Source: Camelus ferus (taxonomy: Eukaryota). Taken from it: a stretch of 64,000 bases of DNA. Below are positions 36,861-50,830 of the stretch, in pieces (positions within the stretch are counted from its first letter, which is position 1; each line of letters opens with the position of its first letter). The notes beneath the pieces are model-generated. The model was not told where the DNA came from and did not search any database. It was given only the letters and a program-made list of their open reading frames with translations. The position numbers were made by a program, and so were the translations under genes. The DNA lies in assembly GCF_009834535.1 (NCBI RefSeq), contig NC_045697.1:76758001-76822000 (forward strand), read 5' to 3'.

Positions 36861-39800
36861 TGGACTGTGGAAGGTATATTATATATATATTTTAAAAATT
36901 CATCTTTATACGAATGTTTATTCAATCAACCTACTAAATGCCAAGGCGCTGTGATGGTGCTAGAGGAACAAGGGAAAATAAGGCATGGACCCTTCAGTGG
37001 GGGAACTTGCAGTCACAAGTGACACAGAGAAGTTACTACATTTTCAGATTCCCATGTTTTATTGGGCTTTTTCTTCCCAAGCAGCTGGAATACCTTCTCA
37101 CAAAGGCTTAAATGATAAAAAACAACAACAACAACAACAACAAAAAAACTACTTAAAATCCTCTCTTCTCACTGCAGTAAAAATGATTGTATTGAAAAAT
37201 AAACTACCTTAATTTATTTTAACAGATAACATTATGCAGTTAAGTGATGCTGGGACTAAATTAGAGGCTGTAATGTTATCAAGAGCTTCCTGAATACATT
37301 TCATTTCTTCTATAATAGAAATGTTCTCAGTTGAGGCAGAGAATGTAACTTAGCATTTTTAGAGCCACTGGCTAAATTACCTCTATTGATGAGGCTCGGC
37401 AGGTTCTTTCTGAATGATTCTAAATAACTGCTGAGGGATAAAAGATAGCGTTCCTCGGGCTATAGCTGCAGCATGCCAGGAGCCTACTGGGGAGAGAACA
37501 AAGCACGAGTCCCCATGCATAAATGGTTCTGTGTCCTGCCTGGAGCACGCCAACTGGCCGTCCTTGAAACTGTATAAATGAAAGGATGGAGGCCCAGGTA
37601 GACGTTTGTATTAATAATTGGTGTGCATGAAGTAAATTAAGCTAACCCACCAGGTCCTTCCTAAAGAGGTGGAGAGGCAATACAAATCTCCAGAAATAGT
37701 CTACTAAAGCCATCTTTTCAAAGCTTTTGACAAACTGCAAACCTCAGCCATTTATTACTTTTCGCATTGAAAGGAGAGTTTACGGAGAAGTTTCAGTTAA
37801 GCTCACACACATGCACACGCACACACATGCACATACACAGTACAGGTATATGAAGCATGAACCAGGACATGAGAGTTATGTAGCACTGTCCTTATTCACA
37901 GAGGAAATCAGGGCCCTGGTTCTGCCATTAAGCTGAGAGAGGATTTTTCACTGATGTTAGAAGGCAGGTGTAGTGTGGTTCCGGGTTCCTTTAGCTCCCG
38001 TGTCTACTCCCCCATGAACCATCTGTACCACAATGGAACCTGGTCCCCTTGGGACAGTCATGTTGCGACTGCCCACAGGCACAGCGAAAGGCGGTCCCAA
38101 TCAGAAGAGAGAGCTCAAGCAACTCAACCAAACCTATAATTCACATTTTCAAATTTTTGAAGGAAACAACACATTTGAAACTTCTTTGCCTTGTGAACCC
38201 AGAGAAGAGAGTTTTAACCTGCCTATTTCCAGGTGTGGACATTTCCCAGGTTTCTAAATTCTTTAGTATCTCACTTTCATCAAGAGCCCAAAGTAGTAAA
38301 GAATAATGAGAAATATTAAAGCCATTTCACAATGTGGTAGAATCATGTTTTCTTCTAACGTTTGTAGGAAAAAAACATAATCTGTTTTTGCAGCAATAGC
38401 CTTTACAACAAACACACATATCATTCAGTAGTATGTCATTCCATAATGAATTTTTATTCTTTCACTTGCACAAATATTAACCTTGTCTAAATAATATTTG
38501 AACCCAAAAGAGCAAGAAAAAGTAAAGTTCATAAATTCTGCCAATTATTCAAATACTTCCATTCAATAGTAAGTAGATTCTCAAAATTTCTCTTAACCCT
38601 ATTTTCATTTAAATTAAGGTAAAAACATAAGCAATGAAAGATTGACAAAGTTTTGAAATTTAACTCAAGTCATTGAAAGATAATATTATTTAAAAATAGA
38701 AAACGGATTTCCTTCTTGGTGTTATTCTATTTCTTAACCACACATGAATTTAAAAAACAAAAATGTAAAACTTCATGGCTGACTGAAACCTGAAAGACAT
38801 CTTTACCTGCAAGTTCTTATTTCTCTTAAGAAACTGAAACCTCTCTGTGCTGAAACAGAAAGCACGTGGCTAATTCATCTTGAGCATCACTCAAGAAATA
38901 CATTTGATGTTGGTTTGTGCCATGATGAGGGGAACACAATAAACTGTGAAAAGTGTCATTTCTGGAAAATTAGTTAGCTATAGATCAGCAAGGGACTAAT
39001 CTTTGTAACAGATGTGACATGATGGCTTTGATAAATTGAACTTTTAAAAATATGGAGCATGTTAAAAGACATTCCCTTAGAAATAAATTAACTTAGGTAG
39101 AACATATTGTATACCATCATTCATAAGCTCATTTTCATCACTGCAGAATAGTTCTGTGTCAATGAGTGACAATGTCGTCCTTCAAATTCCTGTTTGGGTT
39201 TCACTTTCTGTCAATTAATTTAAAAAGTAAAGAGAAGGCTTGGACTTTATCTCTGAGGTTCCCACTAACTAAAATTCTATAATTTTCATATTTTATGCAC
39301 TCTGAAACTGTTCATAATTTGAAGATTAAAATCTCAGGGAAAGATGTTTCTTCTAAAAATACTTTGTTTTTCTATTTAACAGAAAAGTTTGAGCTATAAG
39401 ACATTCTGAATGAATAGTCAATACCTTGGTCAATTGTTAGAGATGCACTATTTGTAAATTTGTTAGAAAGAAATTAAAAGCCTATATATGCCAAATATTG
39501 GAAATTTAATACTTCACTGTGGGGCTTTCAGTATCTCATTACATATATATTTGGATGTTAGACAAGGAACTAGTTTTAGTAAGTACAAATATTCATTTAC
39601 TGGGCTTCATATGATGATGCCTTTGTTGGATAAAACCAAACATTCAACTACCTTTGGTTACAGTTTAAAAGTAAGAATTTTGAAGATCTGTAATTTAAGA
39701 TACTATTTAGATACCATTCTTGGTAACCTAAGGTATTTAAAAGGCTAGCCAGCACAGGGTGAGACAAGGAGGGAACAAATACATAACAAAAGAAATGTCA

Positions 39801-42498
39801 TTTTCTAAGAGATTTATCATGCTGATTTTAATAGTAAGCCACCTGCTGCAGCTACTGTAGGCAAGCAAAGCAGGATACAGCAAGGAAACATTTCACACCT
39901 GCAATGCTGCTGACTTCCAGTCCCCAGACAGAAACATTCTGATATAACCATCCCCTCTGACTGTTATCAAAACTCTTCTCCAAAGAAATTCTTATATTGT
40001 CCGTGGAGTCTAATCTACTGACAATAGAATAAGGATATTATAAATAACTGGAAGTACGAGAGTAGGTCACACCTTGGTAATCACTGTACTTTAGGGCAAT
40101 AGGTTGAGTTCCTACTACTACAGACAGATAATTCAGGTCAATTTTCAATAATTTACATAAATGCAAGCTTTCTATTTAATTTATTTTTAACAGAACACAA
40201 GCCTAGAAAATGATCCAGGTGCTCTAGTTATTAGAGTTTTTAGAAAGTATTGGAAGCTATAGAAATGAGTAAGAATGAAATTGCCTACTCTTTAATGATA
40301 CTTTTTAATGACAAAATAAAAGCTTCCCTGCCCTACAATGATTAATAGGACAAGGTTTCCCAATCCAAATTCATTTGCCTTGTGGTTTGGATTAAATATA
40401 CACACATAGGAAACATCATATTATAGGAATATATAATTTCTGTACTGAATTTCTTACAAATTATGATTTTTGATAGAAAGTCAAGCAACTTTCCATTTTG
40501 TTCAAAATGTTCCAACAATCTGAAATTGCCATCAATTTGTTTATGCTCTTCAAAGTCTTTCCCCCTAAACTCTATTAACATCACCAAACTAAAGCTAAAA
40601 TAAGTATTTTTTCCTTCTAAATGGGGAAGTTAATGCCTATGGGAAAATAACATTCTTAACAAATAAAACCCAGGGGATCTAGTCAGGCAAAGGAATAAAT
40701 CCTCATCTTTCACACAACTTTCAAACTGGTAAACAATACAAGAATCCAAAAATAGTTTCTTTTCAACTCATGCGTGTAAGGTACAAAGTAAGTTTGTATG
40801 CAATGGCAAAGCCAGATCAACTTTCCAGACATGAAGATTCAATGATTAGAGGCTTAACTTTAATATGCAAACTAGAGGGTTGGATGGAGATGGAGGGGGT
40901 CCATCAGGGCAAATAATCCACACAACTGGAAGTGGAAGTTTAGGTCATTTCCTATCGGAGGATACGTAGGGCATATGGATAATGGTCAGACTACCTGAAG
41001 GGAAACCACAAGCTGATTAGTTCCACTCCAAGGGATGGTTTTTAAAAACCAGCTCTCATTCTTTACCATTGATTAGGAGTCTAAATGAAAGGCTACATAT
41101 GGTGAAAGACATACACATTCAGCCTTTACAACAGAAGGGCAATAAATTATCCAGGCTGCCTGCAGAGAACCCTCTAATCCACGCTTTCAATTTTCACTCT
41201 CACCTGTGAAAAAGTCTGAAACTGTATGCCAATTGGTTGTTAATAATGTGCTCTGGGAGGGAGCAAGTTGAAATTGTTCCCCAAACTGCAAATCAAGAGA
41301 CTAAGTATGTGTGTCTACTGCTGTTGAATGAAATGATATGTCAGAACAAAAGACCGTGTCTGCTGTAGTTCAGGACGAAAGTATGCTTTCATGTGTCCTC
41401 TAAAATCCATGGCTCTGGGCAGCATAAAGCTCTGGGGTGCTTATATTTCTACTCCCAGAGGACAATCCTAACAGAGATGTAGCTAACGGAAGCTTCCAAA
41501 GGGAAGTTTGTGATATGAAATTTAAAATAATTGTTTTTAAATTTGTAGTTTTCAGATTGGGTTTCTACTGTGCCTGCCAAACATTCTCCTTTCTTTTCTG
41601 TGGGTTAGCTACACAAATATGGATTTCATCTGTTTATTAATAGAAGGAAGTGGTGACTCAGCTGCTTTGTGTAGATTCCTCAGTGTTCTATGTCTACTCT
41701 CCTGGCACAGGACACTGTAAAATGTGACCGGTCAAAAGCTAGGAGGAAGAGAGATCACAGTGGGGTTGTGATTCGGAAGAGCAAGCCTCCTGCCTCTGGA
41801 TTGGTCTGCAGCCCAGGCTGCCTCTCCTGGACCTCCTGACTCCTGCTCTGCTCAGTCCCTGGCCAGCCCGTGCTGCTCCATTTTCGTCCTTTCCCTCAAT
41901 GTGGATGAGGGCTCTGGGCAGCAGAAATGTTATCACCAAATGCTTTCCTTAACATAGCTTCTGAATGCCAGTGTTGCTCATAGGCGTTTCATCCTCAAAT
42001 GTGTCAAGTAGGAGACTCTCTTTCTTTTTTTCTCTAAAAGTTTTCAGGCCTGTATTTATTTACTACAGAAAGAACAAATATAAGCATTCTAGAACTTAGT
42101 GCTGCCCACGTACCACTTGTGAGCCATGAAATTCAAATACATCACTTCCTTTTTCTCTTATAGCTAGTAAGCAAACCAGAGCAATCCTCTTAGCCCTGCC
42201 TCCTTCACAGGATTGCTGCAACAAATGATCTATATGAAAGGGCTTTTGATCTCTAACTTCCGATCAAATATATTACAAAATTATTAGCCAAGAATGCTTG
42301 TCAAGCGAAGGATGTGTATTTACACATTGCAGCCAAAGGTTTAAGGCTAGATACAGAACATAAAAACTGAATCAAGGAAAGGGACAAAGGAGAAAGGATT
42401 TATAGAGAAGAAAGGAGACAGCAATAAAGGATGAGTGTGAGGGGATACCCGCTCATGCTTGGCAGGGATCTGAAGAAGTGCTTATTTGAAAACAACAC

Positions 42499-42867
42499 TG
42501 AGATGGTTAATTTTGTGTCGACATGGCTAAGCTATGTTGCCTGGTTGTTTAGTTCAAAAGCTACTCAAGATGTTGCTGTAACAACATTTTATAGATGTGG
42601 TCGACATTTACAATCAGTTGACTCTAAGTAAAGCAGATTACCCTCAATAATATGGGGTGGCTTCATCCAAGCAGATGAAGAGAGGAAAGTAATTTTGCCT
42701 CAAGACTGTAATACAGAAACCCTGTCTCAGTTTCCAGCCCACTGGCCTGCCCTACAGATTTCAAACTTACCAGCCCCCAACATTGTGTGAGCCAATTCCC
42801 TAAAATAAATCTCTCTCTCTGCAACTATCTATTGGTTTTGCTTCTCTGGAGAATGCTAACTGATGCA
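42499..42867 (+). mobile_element. MLT2 (ERVL) solo LTR
   Basis: tgagatggttaattttgtgtc start; gtaaagcagattaccctc; gtgagccaattccctaaaataaatctc; ctctggagaatgctaactgatgca end. Confidence 0.88.
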
Positions 42868-43049
42868 ATCACCGAAGTTGTCTTTACTGGAAAATCCAGT
42901 GGATTCTTTTCAGTCTTTCTCTTGTTTGCCATTTTGCAGGAGCATCTACACTCCAGCTACACCAGCAATACAGTGTAGAGAGAATATTGCCCCAAGTGAA
43001 TAATCATTTTTGATCCCAGAAAGAAGAGTTTGGTATCTTTCCAAGTCAA

Positions 43050-44702
43050 TAAACATCTCCACTTAGATATCTTACCAGTAACTCAAACTCAAAATACTCC
43101 ACACTTAAATCTTTCCCCCGCTAAAAGTCTTCTTTTTCAAGTTGCTGCTCCTGCAGCGTCCAACTCTATCTTCACTGTAGACTCATTCTTCCCTTCTCCT
43201 CTGGTTTACTCCTCATATCCACTCTATAAACCCTATAACGTTTACTTGGTAACTTTTCTCAGATGGAGCCCATTTTGGGCATGCCTTTAGTCCAGCCCAG
43301 ACTATCTTCATGTTTCCTCCAGCAGCTATCCTCCAAATCACTCTCAGACCAATCAGTCTAAATAGGTGTTCATTTATTGCTTTCTGACTGCCCACTGTTT
43401 TTCCTATTACAAGTAAAATTTAAACTGCTCAGACTGGCAATCAAGGCTCATCATGTGGAATCCTGATCAATCTCCCAGGATAACTTTTACTTCTTCTATC
43501 AGGAGTCTTCCACTCCAGACATCTTGGCCTCTCCAGTGGCTGCATACCATCTCTCAGGCCATCCTCTTCCTCTTCACTGATCCAGTTATTTCCCATGGCT
43601 CAAGTCTCAGCTCGAGTTCCAATTTTCCTAGCCAATCATATGTTTAATGAAACTTCCTCTTTCTGAACCAGTGCTGTGACTATCTGGCTCATTCATTTGA
43701 CATTTAAGCATAACATGACTTGTATTACTAATAAATAATAAACATAGGTGAAGACTTCCCTCTTCAACCAGATTGGAAGCTGTCTGAGACAGAGACTATA
43801 TATAATATATATATATTTTAATAATTTAAGAAATGAAAGAAAGGAGAGAGGGAAAAACTAAATGGGAGACCTCCCTTTTTGCTCACAAGCTGCAAGGTGC
43901 AACTTGTCATTGTGTGCACCTTTCATTCAAATGCTAGATTTCTTAGTTCTCACTGTGGGAATAATCAAAAGAGACGTTTCAATAAAATGTGCTGTTCTGA
44001 GGATGCATGCATTTTCCAGTGGTGGTTGATTTGTTTTACATCCTTTTTACCTACCCTGGCTACCACAGTCAAGGAACAAAGCAATGTTAATTAATGTGCA
44101 TGAGGATGCTCTGAAAAACAGCACCAGGGCCCTTTTTATTGCAAATACAGCAGGCACATCTCAGTCTTTATCCTATTTGCCAACTGGTAGTATTTGACAC
44201 TATTTCCCACTCTCTACATTTTGAGACTTTTTCCTCCTAGTCTCCCATGACAGTAATGTTCCCTAATTCTTCTTCTACCTCTCCACACTCTTCATTTCAG
44301 TTTCCCTTAAGGGCTCCAATTTTTCCACCTACTTCCTAAATGATAAACTCTTAAGTGGGAGTTGGGGTGGTGGATAGGAAGGTTCATCTCAATGAGATGA
44401 ATAGCCTGATCTGCTAATCACTTCAACAACCTACCTCAGATCCAGAAGCATCTGGATCCACTCCCCATCCAAATCTGGATGATCTATCCCTCTATTGTTC
44501 TCCCATTGTACTTTGACACATCCTGAGCATACTTCACACATAAGATTGCTTTTGTTTTGTTTCGTTTTGTTCCCACTAGACTTTAAAGTCTTTGAAGACA
44601 GTGGCTGTTTACTTGCTATTTAACCCCATCATATATAGCAGAGGGCATGGTACATATAAGACACTCAATATAAGTTTGATGAATAAATCAGTGAATGAAT
44701 GG
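43050..44702 (+). mobile_element. L2 fragments
   Basis: Pyrimidine-rich L2 body; 3' tail ccactagactttaaagtctttgaagacag...cactcaatataagtttgatgaataaatcagtgaatgaatg. Confidence 0.65.
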
Positions 44703-46434
44703 GCGCTACTTTAAATAACTGTATGAACTAATTATTAACCCTTTAAAATCCCTCCTGAGTCTACGTCCCATGATTCCATCCTTTATTCATTTCCTTAAGC
44801 ATACAGAAATACTTTCTAATAACACATTCTACAGAAACACAATATACATAGAATTTTTTTGAGACTAAGAGTATTAGCAAATAAGAAAACAAGAAGTTTT
44901 ATTTTATTTAACCCTAAGTAAAACTTAAGAAAGCACTAGGACTGTGAAGATAAAAAGTGTATTAGAAATATCTTTCATAATGACTGAAAAAATAACCCAG
45001 TAAGAACATCTTGGTAACCTGGGACACTTTAGATTCCAGGGTTTGTTGTCTTTTTTAATTACATCAAAGCAAGAACTAAAGTTAATTTAATAACTAAAGG
45101 AGGGAATTATTTCTATATTATAGTCCAGGACCCAATTCAAATCAGACAAGTCACTTACCTAACTTAGGCCAAATGTAGGCCAATGACATGGTGACCACAT
45201 GATCAGAAATTAAGCAGGAGTCACTCATTGTGTAAGAGGAGATCATAGCATTTTAAGTAGCTAGTTTGGAAGAATGGGGACAGTGAGGTCTTCTCTGCAA
45301 TCATCTACTGTTAAAGATTACTAAATGCTTAGCCATTCATGAGGAAACAATAATGTACACTTAAGCCACTCATTTGACCTTGTCCAAAACATTAATATTC
45401 AGAAATGTGTCCAAACTGCTTCCTCATAGCACTTTATTTTAGAGTGGTTTTCTCGACTATGCCTAGTTATTGCCTCACAAACCCACAGAAGTCATATAAT
45501 TACTTCTCTAATTTGTCCCATAAGGCATTACAGCTCTGCATAAGCAGACAGTGCTAGGAATTCAGCCACACAACTAAGTATTTTGGTCAGAAGAAAGTCA
45601 AGCAGGAAGAAGTGACATGACACCCCATTTGTTTGTAGACTGGATATTAGAAAAATATGCAGGTATCCAATCAGCAACCCAAAGACTTTAAAACTGAGAG
45701 GTTCCTTTTTAATAATTCTGACTGCCTAGTGCTACCTGTTTTGTTACTGTTTTAGTCTAAAAAGAAATACTTCCTAAGCTCACCCTTATTTCATTCTCTA
45801 AGAATCTTTGGAAGAGAGAGGATACATCCCTAAACTCTTACTTTTTGGGTTTAATCAGGTTTCCCACCACAAGAATGGCAGTTGCTCACTCTTCAAGCCT
45901 TATAAAAGTGGCTCTCAAAGTATGTCATTTTTTCACAAAAGCACTACTAAAAAGTAAACTTTCATGTGAGACAACTGGGAATATGAAACAAGACAGGTAA
46001 CCAGAATTGTTCCTAGTTGAGAAAGTCATCCTGGGACAAGGTAATGAAGTTACTGAGTGGCATGAGAAACAGTAAGAAGAAAGAGAAAGACACAACAGTG
46101 TCTGTTGGTGCTTAAAGATATTATAAGTGCTTAAAGATAAAAACCTTTCATTATCAATAAAATTATGAAGTAACCTAGGAAGGCCTGGGGCTCATGGCCA
46201 GGTAGTAACACCCTGTTCTTCTTACAAAACACCCCCTAACTTTTATGTTGCTCTTTTGAAAAAACAGTTCTCTTCCTTTTTCTTTTTCTGTTCAAAGTTT
46301 CTAGTGATAATAGTTTTGATGAAATTTGTCTTCTCTAAAATTTTTCAATAGGACAAAGGTCACATTATTCCCCAAGTGACATACCTATGTACATCTCTCC
46401 AGGGATTTCTAGTTCTTTCTATTTCTTAAGGAAT

Positions 46435-46849
46435 TGTTTCCAGACAGAGCCGCAGGGATTGGCTGTTCACCAACTCTGCTTACTTTTCCTTCTGAGCCCA
46501 CAGCTACATTTCTCTTTCACCCTTGCAGTTTGGTGTGAAAATGTGACTTGACATTTGCCAAAGGAATGTGGTCAGAAGTGATATAAACCATAAAACCTTG
46601 TACTCCTAGCACTGATGGAAAAAAAATCCTCCCACCTGACCATTATCTTTATTTCTCTTATCTGATGGCTGAATGCCTCTGCCCAGGGTAACCTCAGAGC
46701 ACACATATGAAAGATGGAGAGTCTCTGTGAGTCTGGATCCCTTCAAGAACCCTTGCTCTTCACCATGTATAAGAAATAAATATCTCTTGTGGTAAGCCAC
46801 TAACATCTCAGAGTTTGTCTGTTATAACAGCTAACATTATTCTAAAACA
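46435..46849 (+). mobile_element. MLT1 (MaLR) solo LTR, MLT1J-like
   Basis: cccttgcagtttgg..tgtgact..ggaatgtggtcagaagtgat; aagaaataaatatctcttgtggtaagccact..gtttgtctgttataacagc. Confidence 0.8.
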
Positions 46850-47889
46850 GATGGTATCCAGAAATAGACCACAAGAAAAAATAATCTTGCAAAAAATATA
46901 TTGTCAATATTTTTGTATATCTTGTTCTTCTCCTCCTTTTTTTTTCTCTTGTTTTACTTTAACACCTTTATTTATCTCAATTTTGGGGTTCTTTACTCAT
47001 TACTCTGCCCTGTCAAGAATTCCAAAGTTCTGCTCTCTGGCACTAAATCTATGTAAACAATATCAGAGGAAGCATCGAAACAAATAGCCACTGAACACAC
47101 GCTCCCTCTTCAAACATGGCAGCTTGAACCACTCAAAACAGAAGACATGAAAAGACACTGGGGAATCTATTCTATGTAAGAATTATGGTTATGTCTCTTT
47201 TTCTACCTTTTGTTACAGGAGACAGACCTGTGCGTAGGGTCCCAAAATGAACTACCCATCTGTGACAGCCTATGGTAACCTTATTATAACTCTGTCCCCA
47301 AACAGCCATTAAACACAAATTAATTCTCCAGGTTTGTTTAGTCTGTTTATTTGGTTTGTTACAGTGACCAGTTCTGAATTTATTGAGCCATCCTGGCATT
47401 CTGTAGTGATATCATTTCCTACAAGGTAAGTGATTTGTGCCCTGTGTCAGCAATGATATCCCATTATCATAGAAAAAATAAGTGTAACCCCACATTCAGA
47501 AGTATCCTCTTTGAGCCCAAATAAAAATCAAAATATTTTAATAATTAAGCAAGACTATAACAAAAGCAATTAAAGGAACATTTGCTGAAAAACGCCATTA
47601 CAATTTCATGGTCAGTTTTCTCAGCCCAAGAGCCAAAGCTCACACCTCCACACAATTTACTGCTGTTAGATGAGAATTAGATGATTTATAAGTTTGTTTT
47701 GAGTAAGCAGTGGTAAGAAAGAGAACATATAAGATATAAGATCTCCAGATAACTAAGAAAAGCCTAAAGTGAACCTTCGATAATAGAAGGTAGGAGATGA
47801 CACAACAAAGAAGATACCTGCAAAGAAGGTGGTGACACTTAAAGCTTACTTGTCTAAAAAATATCTTGTAGGAATATGGGGGGAGATGG

Positions 47890-48090
47890 GCTTTGAAGAG
47901 CAACAGACCTGGCTTCAAGTTCTGATTCTGCCTCCTACTAAATACAATTCTTGGGCTAACTTACTTGACCTGCTTAACCTTCGGTTTCCTCCTCTGTAAA
48001 ATGCGTATAATATATCCAGTTCACAGGCCTGGTATGAGAATTAGTATATAAAATGACACATCTTAGGCAGTTACTGCAAATTGTAGTTAT
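47890..48090 (+). mobile_element. MIR SINE
   Basis: acagacctggcttcaagttctgattctgcc...cttcggtttcctcctctgtaaaatg. Confidence 0.8.
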
Positions 48091-50433
48091 TAATATATCT
48101 GGAAAAGACTTACTATTGACTTAAAAGTCATACTGTTCATTTCAATAAGAAGTTAACAATATCAGAGTTTCTCATCTAAAAGTTCTACAGAGACTTCTTT
48201 TCCTAATTCATCTACCACATTGGCAGAAAGAGCATTGTAAGCTTAACTTGGCTAAGGCTGCTTCACTCATCTGTCAGCAAGATTCTGGGCTTCAGATCGA
48301 GCTGACAATGGTTGAAGGTGGATGGAACAGAACAGGCTGCACAACGGCATCGTATTTCACACCTCGGAGGGTTCTACACTACCAACAATAACATCATATC
48401 TCTGTCAGTCAAGCACAATTATAGGGCTCAATAGATTGATTCAAATAAAAAGCCAGGTAAAACAGATCTCCTGACTCTGTTGTGGCTACAGGACTTATTC
48501 GATTCTGTTACCTATGAATATTAGAATGGTACCTCCTTTGGGGACAAAAGGACAGAGAGAGTGCATCCCTCGCCGACTCTTAAAAAGGTTAAAACTAATG
48601 CAACATTTCCTACTTCTAAAAATCCTGAAGCCATTTTGTAACTTTTGCTCATGCTCTTTTCATGTTTTTGAAACACAAATGTGTTTTTAAGATATCTAGA
48701 ATAGAAGGTACAATTTCACGCCATCTGGAGTCAGGTAACACAACAATCAGGCAAATCATCTGAGCAAATGCATTTGTGAAATCCAAGCTAGGCGCACAAA
48801 GCACTTGCATGGATTTCTTTAGAGCAGTGTTTTAATACGTATTACTTTTATGAGAAAGAAAATAGAAAAAAAATACCTGATATTCACATAGAAATAAATT
48901 ACATACATTATCATAAAATTGCTCCATTGTGGCCATTTACAGCAAAGCCTCCTGTGGTAGCAATACCTTTTTGTCAAAATGGATAAGGCTGAGTAATAAG
49001 CTGAACAGCTTCCTAAAGAGTAAATCGATATGTGTGATCTAATTCAAGTTGTATTTCAAGTTTTAAATTATAAATGATCTCAATATGCGAGACACAGAAA
49101 CTGACAACAGTAACAATGTAGCTACAAATAATTCTAGTGTGATACAGCCAAGTTTTCCAAAATATATCAAATAAAGATGTAAATGTAAGGTTCCTAAATT
49201 ACAGTTTATTATTAAGTGTTTTTCCTTCTTTAATCTTATTTGAGAGTATTACTTCAGGAGGAAAATGAAAAAAGGTGACTCTCAGTGACCAAAGAGATCT
49301 GCTATTGTCCCTCAGGGAAAACCAGTCTTTCATTGGTTTGTTTGTTGTAATGAGTGCCCTAATGCTGTCTTTTGCACTATTGAGCACATTTCACAACAAA
49401 GTGAAAGTGAATGACAAGAAAATATACATCAGGACAACAAGGTTATACTTCACAATCTTTCTGCACATGTGAAACCACAAGACCACAGAAGCTCATGGTT
49501 GGAAGGAAGTTGGCAAGATTTACTTGATACAGATTCTATGCCATGGATTGCTCATCAGAAGCAAGACTATTTAACTTCTTAGACTACCTTTGTACATTTA
49601 CATTTAATTTACAGAATGGAGGCAAGGGCAATGGCCATTTAAAATGGCCACATAAGCGTTGATAAGCCAAGAACCATGACATATCTTGTAGAGATAAACA
49701 TTTTTGCTAAACATAAACTTAGGGAAATAAAATTTTCTAAAAATAAAACTATAGAAACATTCCCATTTTAGTTTATGGGGAAACAGTGGAAGGAAAAATA
49801 CACATAAAATTAAATGATGCTAAAAATAAGAGGACTACAGTCACTGAAAGTTACAATTGTCAAAAATTGGATATTGCATCTAAATAAATATAAAATTGAT
49901 CAATCTATTTAATCATAATAACACCACTGTTTATTCATTTCTATTCAGATGCAAGAAATATAATGGAAATATTTTATGAAGCCACCTACTCTAAAGCAAG
50001 GTTCTATGAAAAGCAAATACTTCTTGAAAATCATATACAGAGGTCTAGAAACTGAAGGCTTAAGAGGATTTCAATACAAAGTATTTCATCCAGAAGGGCT
50101 CCCATGATGTACGTGGGGTCACAAGAACCATGGTAAGATTCCATTGTATTAGTAAAGGTAGCACAATCAATATAAATTTTTTCTCTTTTTCACAATCAAT
50201 GATTTTTTACCTTAACAAATGTGAGCAACCTGAATTATCTTTTAGTCAGTATTAAAACTCATAATTAAACCTTATTTCTTGGATTTGATGCAATTTGCTA
50301 AACACATTATAACTTCCTTAAAATGCAATTGAAATGCTATATTACTAATTCTTGTTGTATAAATTAGCCATTTTACATTTTTTTGTCATGCTTTTACTAT
50401 ATGTAATTATTTATATCAAGAAATATGATTTGA

Positions 50434-50517
50434 TATTGAATCACTATGTTGTACCCCTGAAGCTAATGTAATATTATAAATCAACTATACTTCAATCAAA
50501 AAAAAAAAAAAGAAAGA
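50434..50517 (+). mobile_element. Very short L1 3' end with polyA and 16-bp TSD (1 mismatch)
   Basis: tgaatcactatgttgtacccctgaagctaat..tcaactatacttcaat(A)n; AAGAAATAYGATTTGA at 50418-50433 and 50518-50533. Confidence 0.9.
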
Positions 50518-50599
50518 AAGAAATACGATTTGACCCATGACCTGCCAAATCTGTGCAACATCTATCCATGTTATAATATACTTATGATTTCAAGGATGA

Positions 50600-50830
50600 T
50601 GGATAATGTGGTAAGCAGAAGGCATTTAGAATCACATATACCTAACTGAATTTCAACTCTGCAAAGTCTCTTTAGCTGTGTAACCATTGATAATTAGCAT
50701 CTTTGAGCCTCAGTTTTCACATTGAACAATGGGAATGGTAGTATCAGAAGGTTGTTGTGAGACAAAATAAATATACATGTACGTAAAGTGCCTGGAATAT
50801 TGCTTAGGGGCATAAAACATATTAGTCCTC
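50600..50830 (+). mobile_element. MIR SINE
   Basis: tctttgagcctcagttttcacattgaacaatgggaatgg...ggttgttgtgag...gtaaagtgcctgga. Confidence 0.8.

Noticed and set aside
45151..45190. Strong minus-strand donor TAG|GTAAGT as an extra exon or recursive site
   Set aside because: No pyrimidine tract or Gly-X-Y frame upstream.
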